A DNA stretch of 64,000 nt from Candidatus Latescibacterota bacterium (GTDB lineage Bacteria; Latescibacterota; UBA2968). Each line of letters begins with the position of its first letter. Within the stretch, counting starts at the first letter, position 1. The stretch spans positions 2,496,001 through 2,560,000 of the forward strand of contig OZ242195.1 of the NCBI GenBank assembly GCA_965205975.1, read 5' to 3'. Both the position numbers and the translations under genes were made by a program. This document shows, piece after piece, positions 10,538 to 20,579 of the stretch. The notes under the pieces were generated by a model. That model saw only the letters and a program-made list of their open reading frames with translations, searched no databases and was not told the DNA's origin.

Positions 10538-10670
10538 GACCGAGCTTGTATAGTCGGCGGCGACTGCTGATCGCACAATCCCTGCTGAAGCTACGAGCAC
10601 GCGCAAGCATGCCGTAGGCACATCCCAATGCTTCAGCTTTGGGAGTATGTCAACACCACACTCTGAAGAG
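10500..10670 (+). ncRNA. Predicted TnpB omega/reRNA: right-end scaffold plus flanking guide starting at 10654
   Basis: Inferred from the known IS200/IS605 arrangement; right-end hairpin and TCAA are visible; 5' boundary unknown. Confidence 0.5.
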
Positions 10671-12756
10671 GTGCCAATCTCATCGACACGCCTTCATCCG
10701 TCAACGCGATACGACCAGAATCCGAGCCATCAAAAAATTGGTATGTATCGTACGCGGGAACCCGGTCTATACGCAATAGCGAAACATCTGGCAAAAGATG
10801 AATTGGACAGACAACTTCCCTGACAAAACGCGCATCCAGATTATGCGCCACCAGCAATCCCGAATGCTGGTTATACCGCGTATAGGCAAAAACGCGGTCT
10901 TCAGAGTCGGTATTGCGATGAAAATAAACATGCCCGGTTTGCAACTCAGGTCGCTGGCTCACAAATTTGTGCAAAGCCTCATAAGCGGCAACAAGTTGTG
11001 AATATGGTTCTCTATCGGCCCACTCGGGATGCAACAATGTAGATGCTTCAAAATCAGTACGCGCCTCCTCGCCCCATTCTGAACCCCACTCCAAAGCATA
11101 GGCCAAATTCACATAATGCGCCGTACCCGCCGTCGCATTGATCAGCGAACACTGGATATTGCGCAGCAGTGCCAACGTCCGAGATTGATAGCGATCTCGC
11201 CAAATTTTTGTCGCACGCGGGCTATCGTGATTCTCAAAATAAGCCATCGCCACAGTGCGAGGGGCAAAGGCACCTGAGGTGTGCTCTAAAAAATCGGCAT
11301 ACTGATTTCCGCACTCCGCATCCCGATGAAAATCCACCAGCAATGCGTAAATCATATCCACCGGAATATCCACCGCCTCGCTTAACTCGCACAGGGTCTC
11401 GCCCAAAACGAGCGCATCGGGCTTAACCGCATTGATGCGGTTTTTAATCTGCTTCAAAAATGGCCGATCCACAGTTTGGCTCGCGTCGATACGCACCCCA
11501 TCCAGATCACAGGTACGCATCCAAAAAGGCGCGATTCCCGACAGATAATTTTGTAAGGGCCTGTTAAAAGGCAAGTCGAGCAACGCCACATCCGAATAAA
11601 CCAGCCATGCAATCTGATGAATTTTGGGCTGCCCGTGCTCATCCATCACATACCAGTCGGGATATTGTTCAATCAACGGACAATCGCGGCTGGTCTGCAT
11701 CAACACCAGATCAAAAATCACCTGCTTGCCCAGCGCGTGTGCCCGCCGCGTTAGCGCGCGCAATTCCGCACGCCCAATCAACTGTATCAGCGTATCGCGT
11801 CCAACCCAATCAATCAATTCTTTGAAGGTGCGAAAATTGTTAAAATCATCAACCTTGCGCAGCCTCGACAACTGTCGTTCGTGCAATAAAGTCTGCAAAT
11901 CCAAGTCGACGATCAGCCCATCCGATACCAGTGCGAGAAAATCCACCTCTTCTGGCGGCGTGACCAGATTGGGATCAATCCGAAAAAAATCCCGCACGGC
12001 ATAAACACTGCCCAACGCGCCTTTTCGCACATCCTGTCCCGTGTGTAAATCTCCAAAACCAGGTTCAAAAAACGGAAGCAAATACACCACATCCGTCTGC
12101 ATCTCCTCAAGCCGCGATGTCACATCGCAAAATGTACCACTCACAAATTGCCCATCTGCATCCAGACGCGCGTCAACTTTTCGCACACAGACTTCGGTAA
12201 TTGAAAGACAGCGGCGAACCTGATCGGGACTGATCGCGATTACCCCATCTCGATTCAGTGCAATATCATTAACCGAAATCCACGCCTTTGAGGCATCCGA
12301 CAGTGCCTTATCATCAGCCGAAAACTCGACCGTATAGTGAAAAACACCCGTCTGATCGATCTGAATCACATCCGATTCAAAAACCAGATTATTCTCCGAA
12401 AGAACCGGCTGATCCGCTCCATCTACAACGATATGCATAGAAACATAAAAACCTGCACCCGTGCGAAACTCACCCCGCTCATCTACAAAGCCGCGATCAT
12501 TCACATCGGTCCACAAACGCGCTTCTACATCGCCCGTGCGACAGGTAGCCAAATCGATATCCGCAACAAATAACTCAGTTCGAACACGCGCTTCTACTAC
12601 ACTATCAGGCACTAAAAATGCCCGAGCCATCACTGAATCATATCGAATACCATCCAGCTCAATCGTCAGATTACCGGCCCAGACATCCGCATTGTCATAC
12701 GCCTGAACAGCATATCGCTCGTGCAATTTGTATTTAAATTCCAAACGCTTATCCAC
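10633..12756 (-). CDS. Alpha-amylase family (GH13) glycoside hydrolase; last residues supplied by the IS end
   Basis: VVYLLPFF, GSVYAVRDF, DGVRIDA (nucleophile), LVLGE, YFENHD. GTG at 12756 follows GGAGG; the ORF track's longer start overlaps the glnK promoter region. Confidence 0.85.
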   Translation of the reverse strand: MDKRLEFKYKLHERYAVQAYDNADVWAGNLTIELDGIRYDSVMARAFLVPDSVVEARVRTELFVADIDLATCRTGDVEARLWTDVNDRGFVDERGEFRTGAGFYVSMHIVVDGADQPVLSENNLVFESDVIQIDQTGVFHYTVEFSADDKALSDASKAWISVNDIALNRDGVIAISPDQVRRCLSITEVCVRKVDARLDADGQFVSGTFCDVTSRLEEMQTDVVYLLPFFEPGFGDLHTGQDVRKGALGSVYAVRDFFRIDPNLVTPPEEVDFLALVSDGLIVDLDLQTLLHERQLSRLRKVDDFNNFRTFKELIDWVGRDTLIQLIGRAELRALTRRAHALGKQVIFDLVLMQTSRDCPLIEQYPDWYVMDEHGQPKIHQIAWLVYSDVALLDLPFNRPLQNYLSGIAPFWMRTCDLDGVRIDASQTVDRPFLKQIKNRINAVKPDALVLGETLCELSEAVDIPVDMIYALLVDFHRDAECGNQYADFLEHTSGAFAPRTVAMAYFENHDSPRATKIWRDRYQSRTLALLRNIQCSLINATAGTAHYVNLAYALEWGSEWGEEARTDFEASTLLHPEWADREPYSQLVAAYEALHKFVSQRPELQTGHVYFHRNTDSEDRVFAYTRYNQHSGLLVAHNLDARFVREVVCPIHLLPDVSLLRIDRVPAYDTYQFFDGSDSGRIALTDEGVSMRLAPLQSVVLTYSQS

Positions 12757-12922
12757 ATATCCTCCCAGTAAAATGCGCTCCGGACAATATACGAAAGTTT
12801 GTGGGGGAAATCTCACCTTTTGTAATACGCATTTAACAGATAAGAAACGGTAAAGAAATATACGCCTAATATATTCAACCGTCAGTTTACGCCACCCCAA
12901 CCATATCAGGGAGGAGTTCAGT

Positions 12923-13261
12923 ATGAAACTCATCACAGCAGTCATCCAGCCTCACAAGCTGGACGATGTGCGCGCGGCACTCGGCGACATCGGCATCCAG
13001 GGCATGACCGTCACGGAAGCGCGCGGCTTTGGACGCCAAAAAGGACACCGAGAAGTCTATCGCGGTGCCGAATACGTCGTCGATTTTCTGCCCAAAGTCA
13101 AGCTGGAGATCGCCATCAATGAAGACGTAGTTGACCGCGCCATTGATGCGATAGAGAATGCTGCCAAAACGGGCAACGTAGGTGATGGAAAGATATTCGT
13201 TGCGGATTTGGGACAAGCCGTTCGCATTCGAACAGGCGAAACCGGGCCCGATGCGCTGTAA
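12923..13261 (+). CDS. glnK: P-II nitrogen regulator GlnK (copy 1)
   Basis: 112 aa; GFGRQKG..YRGAEY T-loop, GDGKIFV, RIRTGE; GGAGG RBS; upstream of amt. Confidence 0.97.
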   Translation: MKLITAVIQPHKLDDVRAALGDIGIQGMTVTEARGFGRQKGHREVYRGAEYVVDFLPKVKLEIAINEDVVDRAIDAIENAAKTGNVGDGKIFVADLGQAVRIRTGETGPDAL

Positions 13262-13286
13262 CACAATTATATATCAGGAGAATACA

Positions 13287-14615
13287 ATGATTAAACGCCA
13301 TAACATCTTTACCCTGCTCATCGGCCTGGCATTGTTGCTCGCCTTGCCCAACATCGCGCTTGCCGACGCACACGAACCCAACTCAGGCGACACAGCCTGG
13401 ATGCTTACCTCAACTGCACTGGTGCTGTTTATGACCATACCCGGCCTCGCCCTCTTTTACGGCGGCCTCGTGCGCACCAAAAATGTTTTATCAGTTCTTA
13501 TGCAGTGTTTCGCCCTCACCGCCATCATGACCCTGGTTTGGGTTATCATTGGCTACAGTCTCGCCTTCAACACCGATGGCATGGAAGCCGGCTCGACCAA
13601 CATAAATTCGTTTGTCGGTGGTTTGGGCACCATGTTCTTATCCGGTGTGACCGCCAGCAGCCTATCGGGCACCATTCCCGAAACAGTTTTCATCACCTTC
13701 CAGATGACCTTTGCCATTATCACCCCAGCCCTCATTGTCGGTGCTTTTGCAGAACGCATGAAATTCTCAGCCATGATTGTGTTCTCGATCCTCTGGTCCA
13801 TCGTAGTCTATGCACCCATCTGTCACATGGCCTGGAGTGGTGACGGTTCCTTCTTTGGCGACATGGGCGTGCTCGACTTTGCAGGTGGCACGGTTGTACA
13901 TATCAACGCGGGCATCGCAGCCCTTGTGGCCTGTATTGTCATTGGCAAACGCCAGGGCTATCCAGACACGCTTATGGCCCCTCACAGCCTTACAATCACC
14001 GTCATAGGCGCGTCCATGCTGTGGGTCGGCTGGTTCGGCTTTAATGCCGGGAGTGCCGTCGCTGCCGATGGAGCCGCAGGCATGGCCATGCTCGTCACGC
14101 AGGTAGCCACCGCATCTGCAACACTGGGCTGGATAGCCGCCGAATGGATCAAACACGGCAAACCCAGTATCCTGGGTGCAGTCACAGGTGCTGTCGCTGG
14201 TCTCGTCGCCATCACCCCTGCTTCGGGTAGCGTAGGACCGATGGGTGCAATTGTCGTTGGCCTGGCTTCTGGCGTCATCTGCTTCTGGGCCGCCACCAGC
14301 CTCAAGCGCGCATTGGGCTATGACGACTCCCTCGATGCCTTTGGTGTTCACGGCATAGGCGGTATTGTAGGCGCGCTCCTTACAGGCATCTTTGCCGCTG
14401 AAAGCCTCGGGGGACAGGGCCTTAGTGCCGATTCTATCGGCGGACAATTCGTCGTACAGCTCATCGGCGTCGTCTTCACCATCGTCTATTGCGGCGTCTT
14501 ATCCTTCATCTTGCTCAAAATCGTCGATGCCATCGTCGGCTTGCGCGTCTCGCAAGACGAAGAAACTGAAGGACTCGATATCTCGCTCCACGACGAACGC
14601 GGCTACAATTATTAA
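13287..14615 (+). CDS. amtB: Ammonium transporter AmtB (copy 1)
   Basis: GLALFYGG, FQMTFAIIT, DFAGGTVVH, WFGFNAGS, DDSLDAFGVHG; AGGAG RBS before ATG 13287. Confidence 0.97.
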   Translation: MIKRHNIFTLLIGLALLLALPNIALADAHEPNSGDTAWMLTSTALVLFMTIPGLALFYGGLVRTKNVLSVLMQCFALTAIMTLVWVIIGYSLAFNTDGMEAGSTNINSFVGGLGTMFLSGVTASSLSGTIPETVFITFQMTFAIITPALIVGAFAERMKFSAMIVFSILWSIVVYAPICHMAWSGDGSFFGDMGVLDFAGGTVVHINAGIAALVACIVIGKRQGYPDTLMAPHSLTITVIGASMLWVGWFGFNAGSAVAADGAAGMAMLVTQVATASATLGWIAAEWIKHGKPSILGAVTGAVAGLVAITPASGSVGPMGAIVVGLASGVICFWAATSLKRALGYDDSLDAFGVHGIGGIVGALLTGIFAAESLGGQGLSADSIGGQFVVQLIGVVFTIVYCGVLSFILLKIVDAIVGLRVSQDEETEGLDISLHDERGYNY

Positions 14616-14630
14616 AAACTGTCAGCCAAA

Positions 14631-14669
14631 CCAAAAGAGCGGACACATAGTGCCCGCTCTTTTGGTTTT
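14631..14669 (+). terminator. Rho-independent terminator
   Basis: ccaaaagagcggacac-ata-gtgcccgctcttttgg hairpin followed by Ts. Confidence 0.8.
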
Positions 14670-14801
14670 CCAGGCGCACATCTCCACAATGTGCGCTTTT
14701 TTTTTTCTTTGTAATTCAAAAATCGGGTTTTATAATACTCCTCTCCGGAAATGGATCGAAAAGCGATCCCGGCCACACACCTTATGAAGGAGGAGTACAG
14801 C

Positions 14802-15140
14802 ATGAAACTCATCACAGCAGTCATCCAGCCCCACAAGCTGGACGATGTGCGCGCAGCACTCGGCGACATCGGCATCCAGGGCATGACCGTCACGGAAGCG
14901 CGCGGCTTTGGACGCCAAAGAGGACACCGAGAAGTCTATCGCGGTGCCGAATACATCGTCGATTTTCTACCCAAAGTCAAGCTGGAAATCGCCATCGATG
15001 ACGATATGGTTGGTCGCGCTATTGATGCGATAGAGCATGCAGCCAAAACGGGCAACGTAGGTGATGGGAAAATTTTTGTCACAGATTTGGGACAAGCCGT
15101 TCGCATTCGAACGGGTGAAACCGGACCCGACGCACTTTAA
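14802..15140 (+). CDS. glnK: P-II nitrogen regulator GlnK (copy 2)
   Basis: Near-identical to copy 1; AGGAGG RBS before ATG 14802. Confidence 0.97.
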   Translation: MKLITAVIQPHKLDDVRAALGDIGIQGMTVTEARGFGRQRGHREVYRGAEYIVDFLPKVKLEIAIDDDMVGRAIDAIEHAAKTGNVGDGKIFVTDLGQAVRIRTGETGPDAL

Positions 15141-15176
15141 AACCACAAAATGAAAAACTCTGGAGGGAACACAAAT

Positions 15177-16499
15177 ATGAAACGCCACATACCCATCTTT
15201 GCAAGCCTCATGCTCGTCTTAGGACTGCCAGACCTCGCGCTTGCCGATGGACACGAACTCAACGGCAGCGACACAGCCTGGCTACTCACCTCAACTGCAC
15301 TGGTGCTATTTATGACCATACCCGGTCTCGCCCTCTTTTACGGTGGTCTCGTACGCACCAAAAATGTACTCTCCGTCCTCATGCAGTGCTTCGCGCTAAC
15401 CGCAATATTGAGCGTCGTATGGGTCATCATCGGCTACAGCCTTGCCTTCAACACCAATGGCATGACAGCAGGTACCACTAATCTCAACTCCTTTATCGGT
15501 GGTCTGGGCACTGCGTTCTTAGCCGGTGTAACAGCCGATAGCCTATCTGGCACGATTCCAGAAACGGTTTTCATCACATTTCAAATGACCTTCTTTATCA
15601 TCACACCTGCGCTCATTGTCGGGGCTTTTGCCGAACGCATGAAATTTTCAGCCGTACTTTTATTCTCTGTACTCTGGAGCATTTTGGTTTACGCGCCTAT
15701 CTGCCACATGACATGGGGTGGTGACGGCTCCTTCTTTGGCGACATGGGCGTACTCGACTTTGCAGGTGGACTCGTTGTACACATCAACGCGGGTATTGCA
15801 GCACTCGTCGCGTGTATTGTCATTGGCAAACGCCAAGGCTATCCCGACGCACAAATTTTGCCTCACAGCCTCAGCCTTACAGTCGTTGGCGCGTCCATGC
15901 TGTGGGTCGGTTGGTTCGGCTTTAATGCTGGAAGTGCTGTCGCTGCCGATGGAGCCGCAGGCATGGCCATGCTCGTCACGCAGATATCTGCTGCAGTCGC
16001 CACCTCCACCTGGATGTTTATCGAATGGATCAAAAACGGCAAACCCAGCATCCTGGGTGCGGTCACGGGCACCATTGCCGGATTGGGCGCCATTACACCA
16101 GCTTCGGGCAGCGTAGGTCCTCTGGGTGCAATTGTCATCGGTCTTGCTGCCGGTGCGATTTGCTTTTGGGCATCCACGGCACTCAAACGCAAATTGGGCT
16201 ACGACGACTCCCTCGACGTCTTTGGCGTTCACGGCGTGGGCGGCATTATTGGCACCCTGTTATGCGGTATTTTTGTCGTCAAAAGTTTGGGCGGTCAGGG
16301 ATTGGCCGAAGGCATGACCATGGGCAGTCAATTCACCGCGCAACTGATCGCGGTCATTATCACCGTTGTCTATTGCGGCGTGGTATCCTTCATCCTGCTC
16401 AAAATCGTTGACGCTGCCGTTGGCCTGCGCGTCTCGCAAGAAGAAGAAACCGGGGGACTCGATATTGCCCTCCACGACGAACGCGGCTACAATTATTAA
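15177..16499 (+). CDS. amtB: Ammonium transporter AmtB (copy 2, variant motifs)
   Basis: Same motifs with FQMTFFIIT and DFAGGLVVH; GGAGG RBS before ATG 15177. Confidence 0.95.
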   Translation: MKRHIPIFASLMLVLGLPDLALADGHELNGSDTAWLLTSTALVLFMTIPGLALFYGGLVRTKNVLSVLMQCFALTAILSVVWVIIGYSLAFNTNGMTAGTTNLNSFIGGLGTAFLAGVTADSLSGTIPETVFITFQMTFFIITPALIVGAFAERMKFSAVLLFSVLWSILVYAPICHMTWGGDGSFFGDMGVLDFAGGLVVHINAGIAALVACIVIGKRQGYPDAQILPHSLSLTVVGASMLWVGWFGFNAGSAVAADGAAGMAMLVTQISAAVATSTWMFIEWIKNGKPSILGAVTGTIAGLGAITPASGSVGPLGAIVIGLAAGAICFWASTALKRKLGYDDSLDVFGVHGVGGIIGTLLCGIFVVKSLGGQGLAEGMTMGSQFTAQLIAVIITVVYCGVVSFILLKIVDAAVGLRVSQEEETGGLDIALHDERGYNY

Positions 16500-16516
16500 C
16501 CTGCTTGACAAAGTGG

Positions 16517-16555
16517 ACAAAAAAAGCGGGTATTATGTACCCGCTTTTTTTGTTG
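16517..16555 (+). terminator. Rho-independent terminator
   Basis: caaaaaaagcgggta-ttatg-tacccgctttttttg. Confidence 0.85.
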
Positions 16556-16627
16556 TTGCAATTATTTTCCAGACACCTTTATTTTCTCACCGACAACAGT
16601 CACAATCCACCACAGAAAGGAACAAAG

Positions 16628-17587
16628 ATGAAAATTGTTTTACACCCCCCTGTCGATGAATACCTTTGCCAACAAGTTCAAGACACGGCTCCCAACGCCG
16701 AAGTTGTCATGGCAGATAATCACAATATCATCGAGACTGTCGCAGATGCCGAAATTATATTTGGAAATTTTTCGTCTGAAATTGTCAGTGCAGCCCCCAA
16801 TCTCAAATGGATTCAATCCACGAGTGCCGGCATGGACAAAGCCCTGATCCCCGAAGTCGCCAACAGCGACATCACAATATGCAATGCCAGCGGCGTCCAT
16901 GCCGTTCAGGTCGCCGAACACGCCTGGGCACTCACTACTGCCCTCACGCGCGGGCTACACGTTTCTTTTCGACATCAACTCGACCATGCCTGGACGCGCC
17001 CACCACTCGCCGACTTATTGGAAGCCACCATTCTCATCGTCGGATTTGGCGGCATTGGCCAATACTATGCACAACTCGCCCAGGGCTATGACGCGCGTCT
17101 GATTGCGCTGGATATCCAGGGCGGAGACAAACCCGATTATGTCGAAGCAATCTGGGACATGGATCGCCTGGACGAAGGTCTGCAAATAGCCGATGTCGTA
17201 TTTATTGCCGTACCGTACACGCCCGAAACCGAAAAACTCATCAATGCCCGCACCCTGAGCCTGATGAAAAACACCGCCTTTCTGGTCAACACCGCACGCG
17301 GTCCCATCGTCGATGAAGCCGCTTTGGCCGAGGGCCTCAAAAACGGCGAAATCGCCGGTGCTGGTCTGGACGTGTTTGAAAAAGAACCCCTATCTCCGGA
17401 CAGCCCACTCTGGGACATGGAAAATGCCATCATCACCCCACATGCAGCCGGTGGGTCTCCCAATCGGCACAACCGAACCGTTGGATTCTTCTGCCAAAAC
17501 CTGAAACGCTATCAGGCTGGCGAGCCGCTCTTTAACGAAGTAGATAAATCCCTCGGATATCCAAAACGGGAACGGCGCGTCAAATGA
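16628..17587 (+). CDS. D-2-hydroxyacid dehydrogenase (NAD(P)-binding)
   Basis: VGFGGIG, VNTARGPIVDE, GLDVFEKEPL, ITPHAAG; AAGGA RBS before ATG 16628. Confidence 0.93.
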   Translation: MKIVLHPPVDEYLCQQVQDTAPNAEVVMADNHNIIETVADAEIIFGNFSSEIVSAAPNLKWIQSTSAGMDKALIPEVANSDITICNASGVHAVQVAEHAWALTTALTRGLHVSFRHQLDHAWTRPPLADLLEATILIVGFGGIGQYYAQLAQGYDARLIALDIQGGDKPDYVEAIWDMDRLDEGLQIADVVFIAVPYTPETEKLINARTLSLMKNTAFLVNTARGPIVDEAALAEGLKNGEIAGAGLDVFEKEPLSPDSPLWDMENAIITPHAAGGSPNRHNRTVGFFCQNLKRYQAGEPLFNEVDKSLGYPKRERRVK

Positions 17588-17614
17588 GTTGGGACTGAGG
17601 ACTAAGGAAATTGA

Positions 17615-20394
17615 ATGCGCCTATCGTGGAATGAAATTCGCATCCGTGCGGCTCAGTTTGCCCAAGACTGGAAAGATGCTGGCTACGAGAAGGGCGAGAC
17701 ACAGAGCTTTTACAACGATTTTTTCGACATCTTCGACGTGAAGCGGCGTACGGTTGCCCGCTACGAAGAGCACGTCCAGCGGTTGGATAACTCTCGCGGC
17801 TTTATCGACCTATTCTGGCCAGGGAAGTTGCTCGTTGAGCAAAAGAGCGTGGGGGTAAATCTGGAGGAGGCTCGCAAGCAGGCGGGCACCTATTTCGACG
17901 CTCTGCCGGATAGTGACCGTCCGCGCTATCAATTGCTCTGCGACTTTCAGACCTTTGAGCTACTTGACCGAGATGAGCGCGAGGAAGTCTCCTTTACTCT
18001 CGCGGACTTGCCTAAGCATGTCGAAAAGTTCGGTTTTATCCTCGGTATCCAAAAGCGCACCTTCCGCGACCAGGATCCGGTCAACATCGAAGCATCCGAG
18101 CGCGTCGGTCAACTTCACGACGCGTTGTCCGCCTCCGGCTACACGGGCCACGATCTCGAACAATTCCTCGTCCGCATCGTTTTCTGTCTGTTCGCCGATG
18201 ATACCGGCATCTTTGAGCCACGCGACATTTTCTTTGACTTTTTAGAGAACCGCACGCAAAAAGATGGATCGGACCTCGGCGGCTGGCTGGCGCAATTGTT
18301 CCAAGTACTCAACACGCCTGAAGACCGTCACCCGACCACTCTGGACGAAGACCTCAACCGTTTTCCCTACATCAATGGTGACCTGTTCCGCGACCCCCTG
18401 CTCATTCCGTCGTTTAATTCCGAGATGCGACAGCGTCTGATTGATGCCTGTACCTTTGATTGGTCAAGCATTTCGCCAGCGATCTTCGGTTCACTCTTTC
18501 AATCCGTCATGGACAAGGACGAGCGCAGGGCACAGGGGGCGCATTACACCACCGAAAAGAACATTCTCAAGGTCATTGAACCGCTGTTTCTCGATGCTTT
18601 GCGTGCTGAGTTCAGCCACCTCAAGTCCCGCCGAGACAGTCGTCGTATTCCTGATCTGTATGCCTTTCAGGAACGACTCGGAGAGTTACGCTTTTTCGAT
18701 CCGGCCTGCGGCTGCGGCAATTTTCTCATCATCGCCTACCGCGAGTTGCGGACGTTGGAAATCGAGGTACTCAAAGAGCTTCGCCCATACGGGCAACTGG
18801 ACGTCTGGGCAAAGTCGCTTTCAGTGGTTGATGTGGATCAATTCTACGGTATTGAGTTAGAAGAGTTCCCAGCTCACATTGCCGAAGTCGCACTGTGGAT
18901 GATGGACCATATTATGAACAATCGCCTGAGCCTGGAGTTCGGCCAGACTTATGCACGCATTCCGCTGGAAAAGTCGCCGCATATTTGGCACGGAGACGCG
19001 TTGGAGACCGATTGGAATGACCTTCTTCCGTCCAGCGAATGTTCTTATGTGCTGGGTAATCCGCCGTTTGTGGGTGCAAAATTCCAATCGCCAGCGCAAC
19101 GCGAACAGGTACGCCACATCGCCGCGTTGGGCAAAAGCGGGGGCACCCTCGATTACGTCACCGCGTGGTTTATCAAGGCCGGTGAATACGTGCAACAAGG
19201 CACGGCACAGATCGGTTTTGTAGCGACCAATTCCATCACGCAGGGCGAACAAGTGGCGCAACTCTGGCCAATCCTATTTGACCGCTACAAGCTGGACATC
19301 GCCTTCGCGCACCGCACCTTTGCCTGGGGATCGGACGCCCGTGGTATGGCGCATGTTCACGTCGTCATCATCGGACTGACCAAACGGGATGATGCACCGC
19401 GAGAGAAGCGTTTATTTTCCTACGACCAGCCCAAAGGCGAGCCACACGAGAGCCAACATTCAGTCATCTCGCCCTACTTATTCGACGCGGGTGGACTCGC
19501 CAATCCGCGCATTGTAGTAAAATCAGAATACCGACCAATTAACGGACTATCCAGATTGATCACTGGCTCTAAGCCCATCGATGGCGGACACTACATTTTC
19601 GACGCCGATGAACGCGCCGCGTTTTTGCGCGAAGAATCGGGTGCCGAGCCATATCTGCGTCCCTTTGTGGGAAGCCGCGAGTTTTTGCAAGGCGGAAAAC
19701 GTTGGATATTGCGCTTGACCGATGTGCCACCCCAAGTCCTGAAAACCCTACCGAAAGTCCGCGAGCGCATCGCCGCTGTCCGCGTCTATCGGTTAGCGAG
19801 CAAAAGCAAGCCCACCCAAGCCCTCGCCGAGACGCCGACGCTTTACCATGTCAACGTCATTCCCACGGATTCCTTTCTTGTCGTGCCGCAAGTCAGTTCC
19901 GAGCGGCGAGACTATATCCCACTTGGATGGCTAAAACCACCTGTAATTCCGAGCGATAAGCTCCGCCTATTACCAAACGCCACACTTTGTGATTTCGCCC
20001 TGCTCACCTCCGTTATGCACATGGCCTGGATGCGGATGGTCACCGGACGGATGAAGAGTGACTACATGTATTCCGTGGGCGTAGTGTACAACACCTTCCC
20101 CCTCCCCCCTGTCCCCGCAGAACGACTACAACGCCTCACACCCTACGCCGAAGCTATACTCGCCGCCCGCGCTACCCATCCCAATGCCACCCTCGCCGAC
20201 CTCTACGACCCCGACCTCATGCCCGTCAATCTCCGCAAGGCACGCCAAGCCCTCGACCATACAGTTGATCGCCTGTACCGCCGTTCCCCATTTCCCTCCG
20301 ACCACGACACATCGAACACCTACTCGTTTTATACGAAAAAATGATCACCCCCCTCTCCGCTCCAAAAACAAAGCGAAGACGAAGGCGATCATAG
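17615..20394 (+). CDS. MmeI-like Type IIG/IIL restriction-modification enzyme, with a frameshift near the 3' end (in-frame stop at 20344)
   Basis: IDLFWPGKLLVEQK nuclease motif, FFDPACGCGNF (motif I), GNPPF (motif IV), VSSERRDYIP, TLADLYDP; the family-like tail IEHLLVLYEKM continues in another frame to TAG 20394. Confidence 0.9.
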
Positions 20395-20579
20395 GATCGC
20401 GGTAATGCCCAAAAAGACAGTTGGTGTAAGCACTGGCATTAGCGATAAAGCTGAAACCATCTTGACAAAAATCGCTGTTACGCCATATTTCCTTATGTCG
20501 AAAACAGGAATCACTGCCCCTCAACTCAGTCTGCCGCGCATAACACTGACATGCGCTACTCATCAAGGAGATATATCGC

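Larger units (their letters stand above)
9235..10653 (+). mobile_element. IS200/IS605-family element carrying tnpB only (IS1341-like, non-autonomous)
   Basis: Right end hairpin ..cccaatgcttcagctttgggagtatgTCAA ends at 10653; left-end hairpin acccac..gtgggt at 9251-9357; TTTAT just left of 9235; removing the element restores a sensible GH13 C-terminus. Confidence 0.85.

Noticed and set aside
12821..12838. TGTAA..TAACA as a GlnR/TnrA/NtcA box upstream of glnK
   Set aside because: Spacing does not fit the consensus and it is not repeated before the second glnK.
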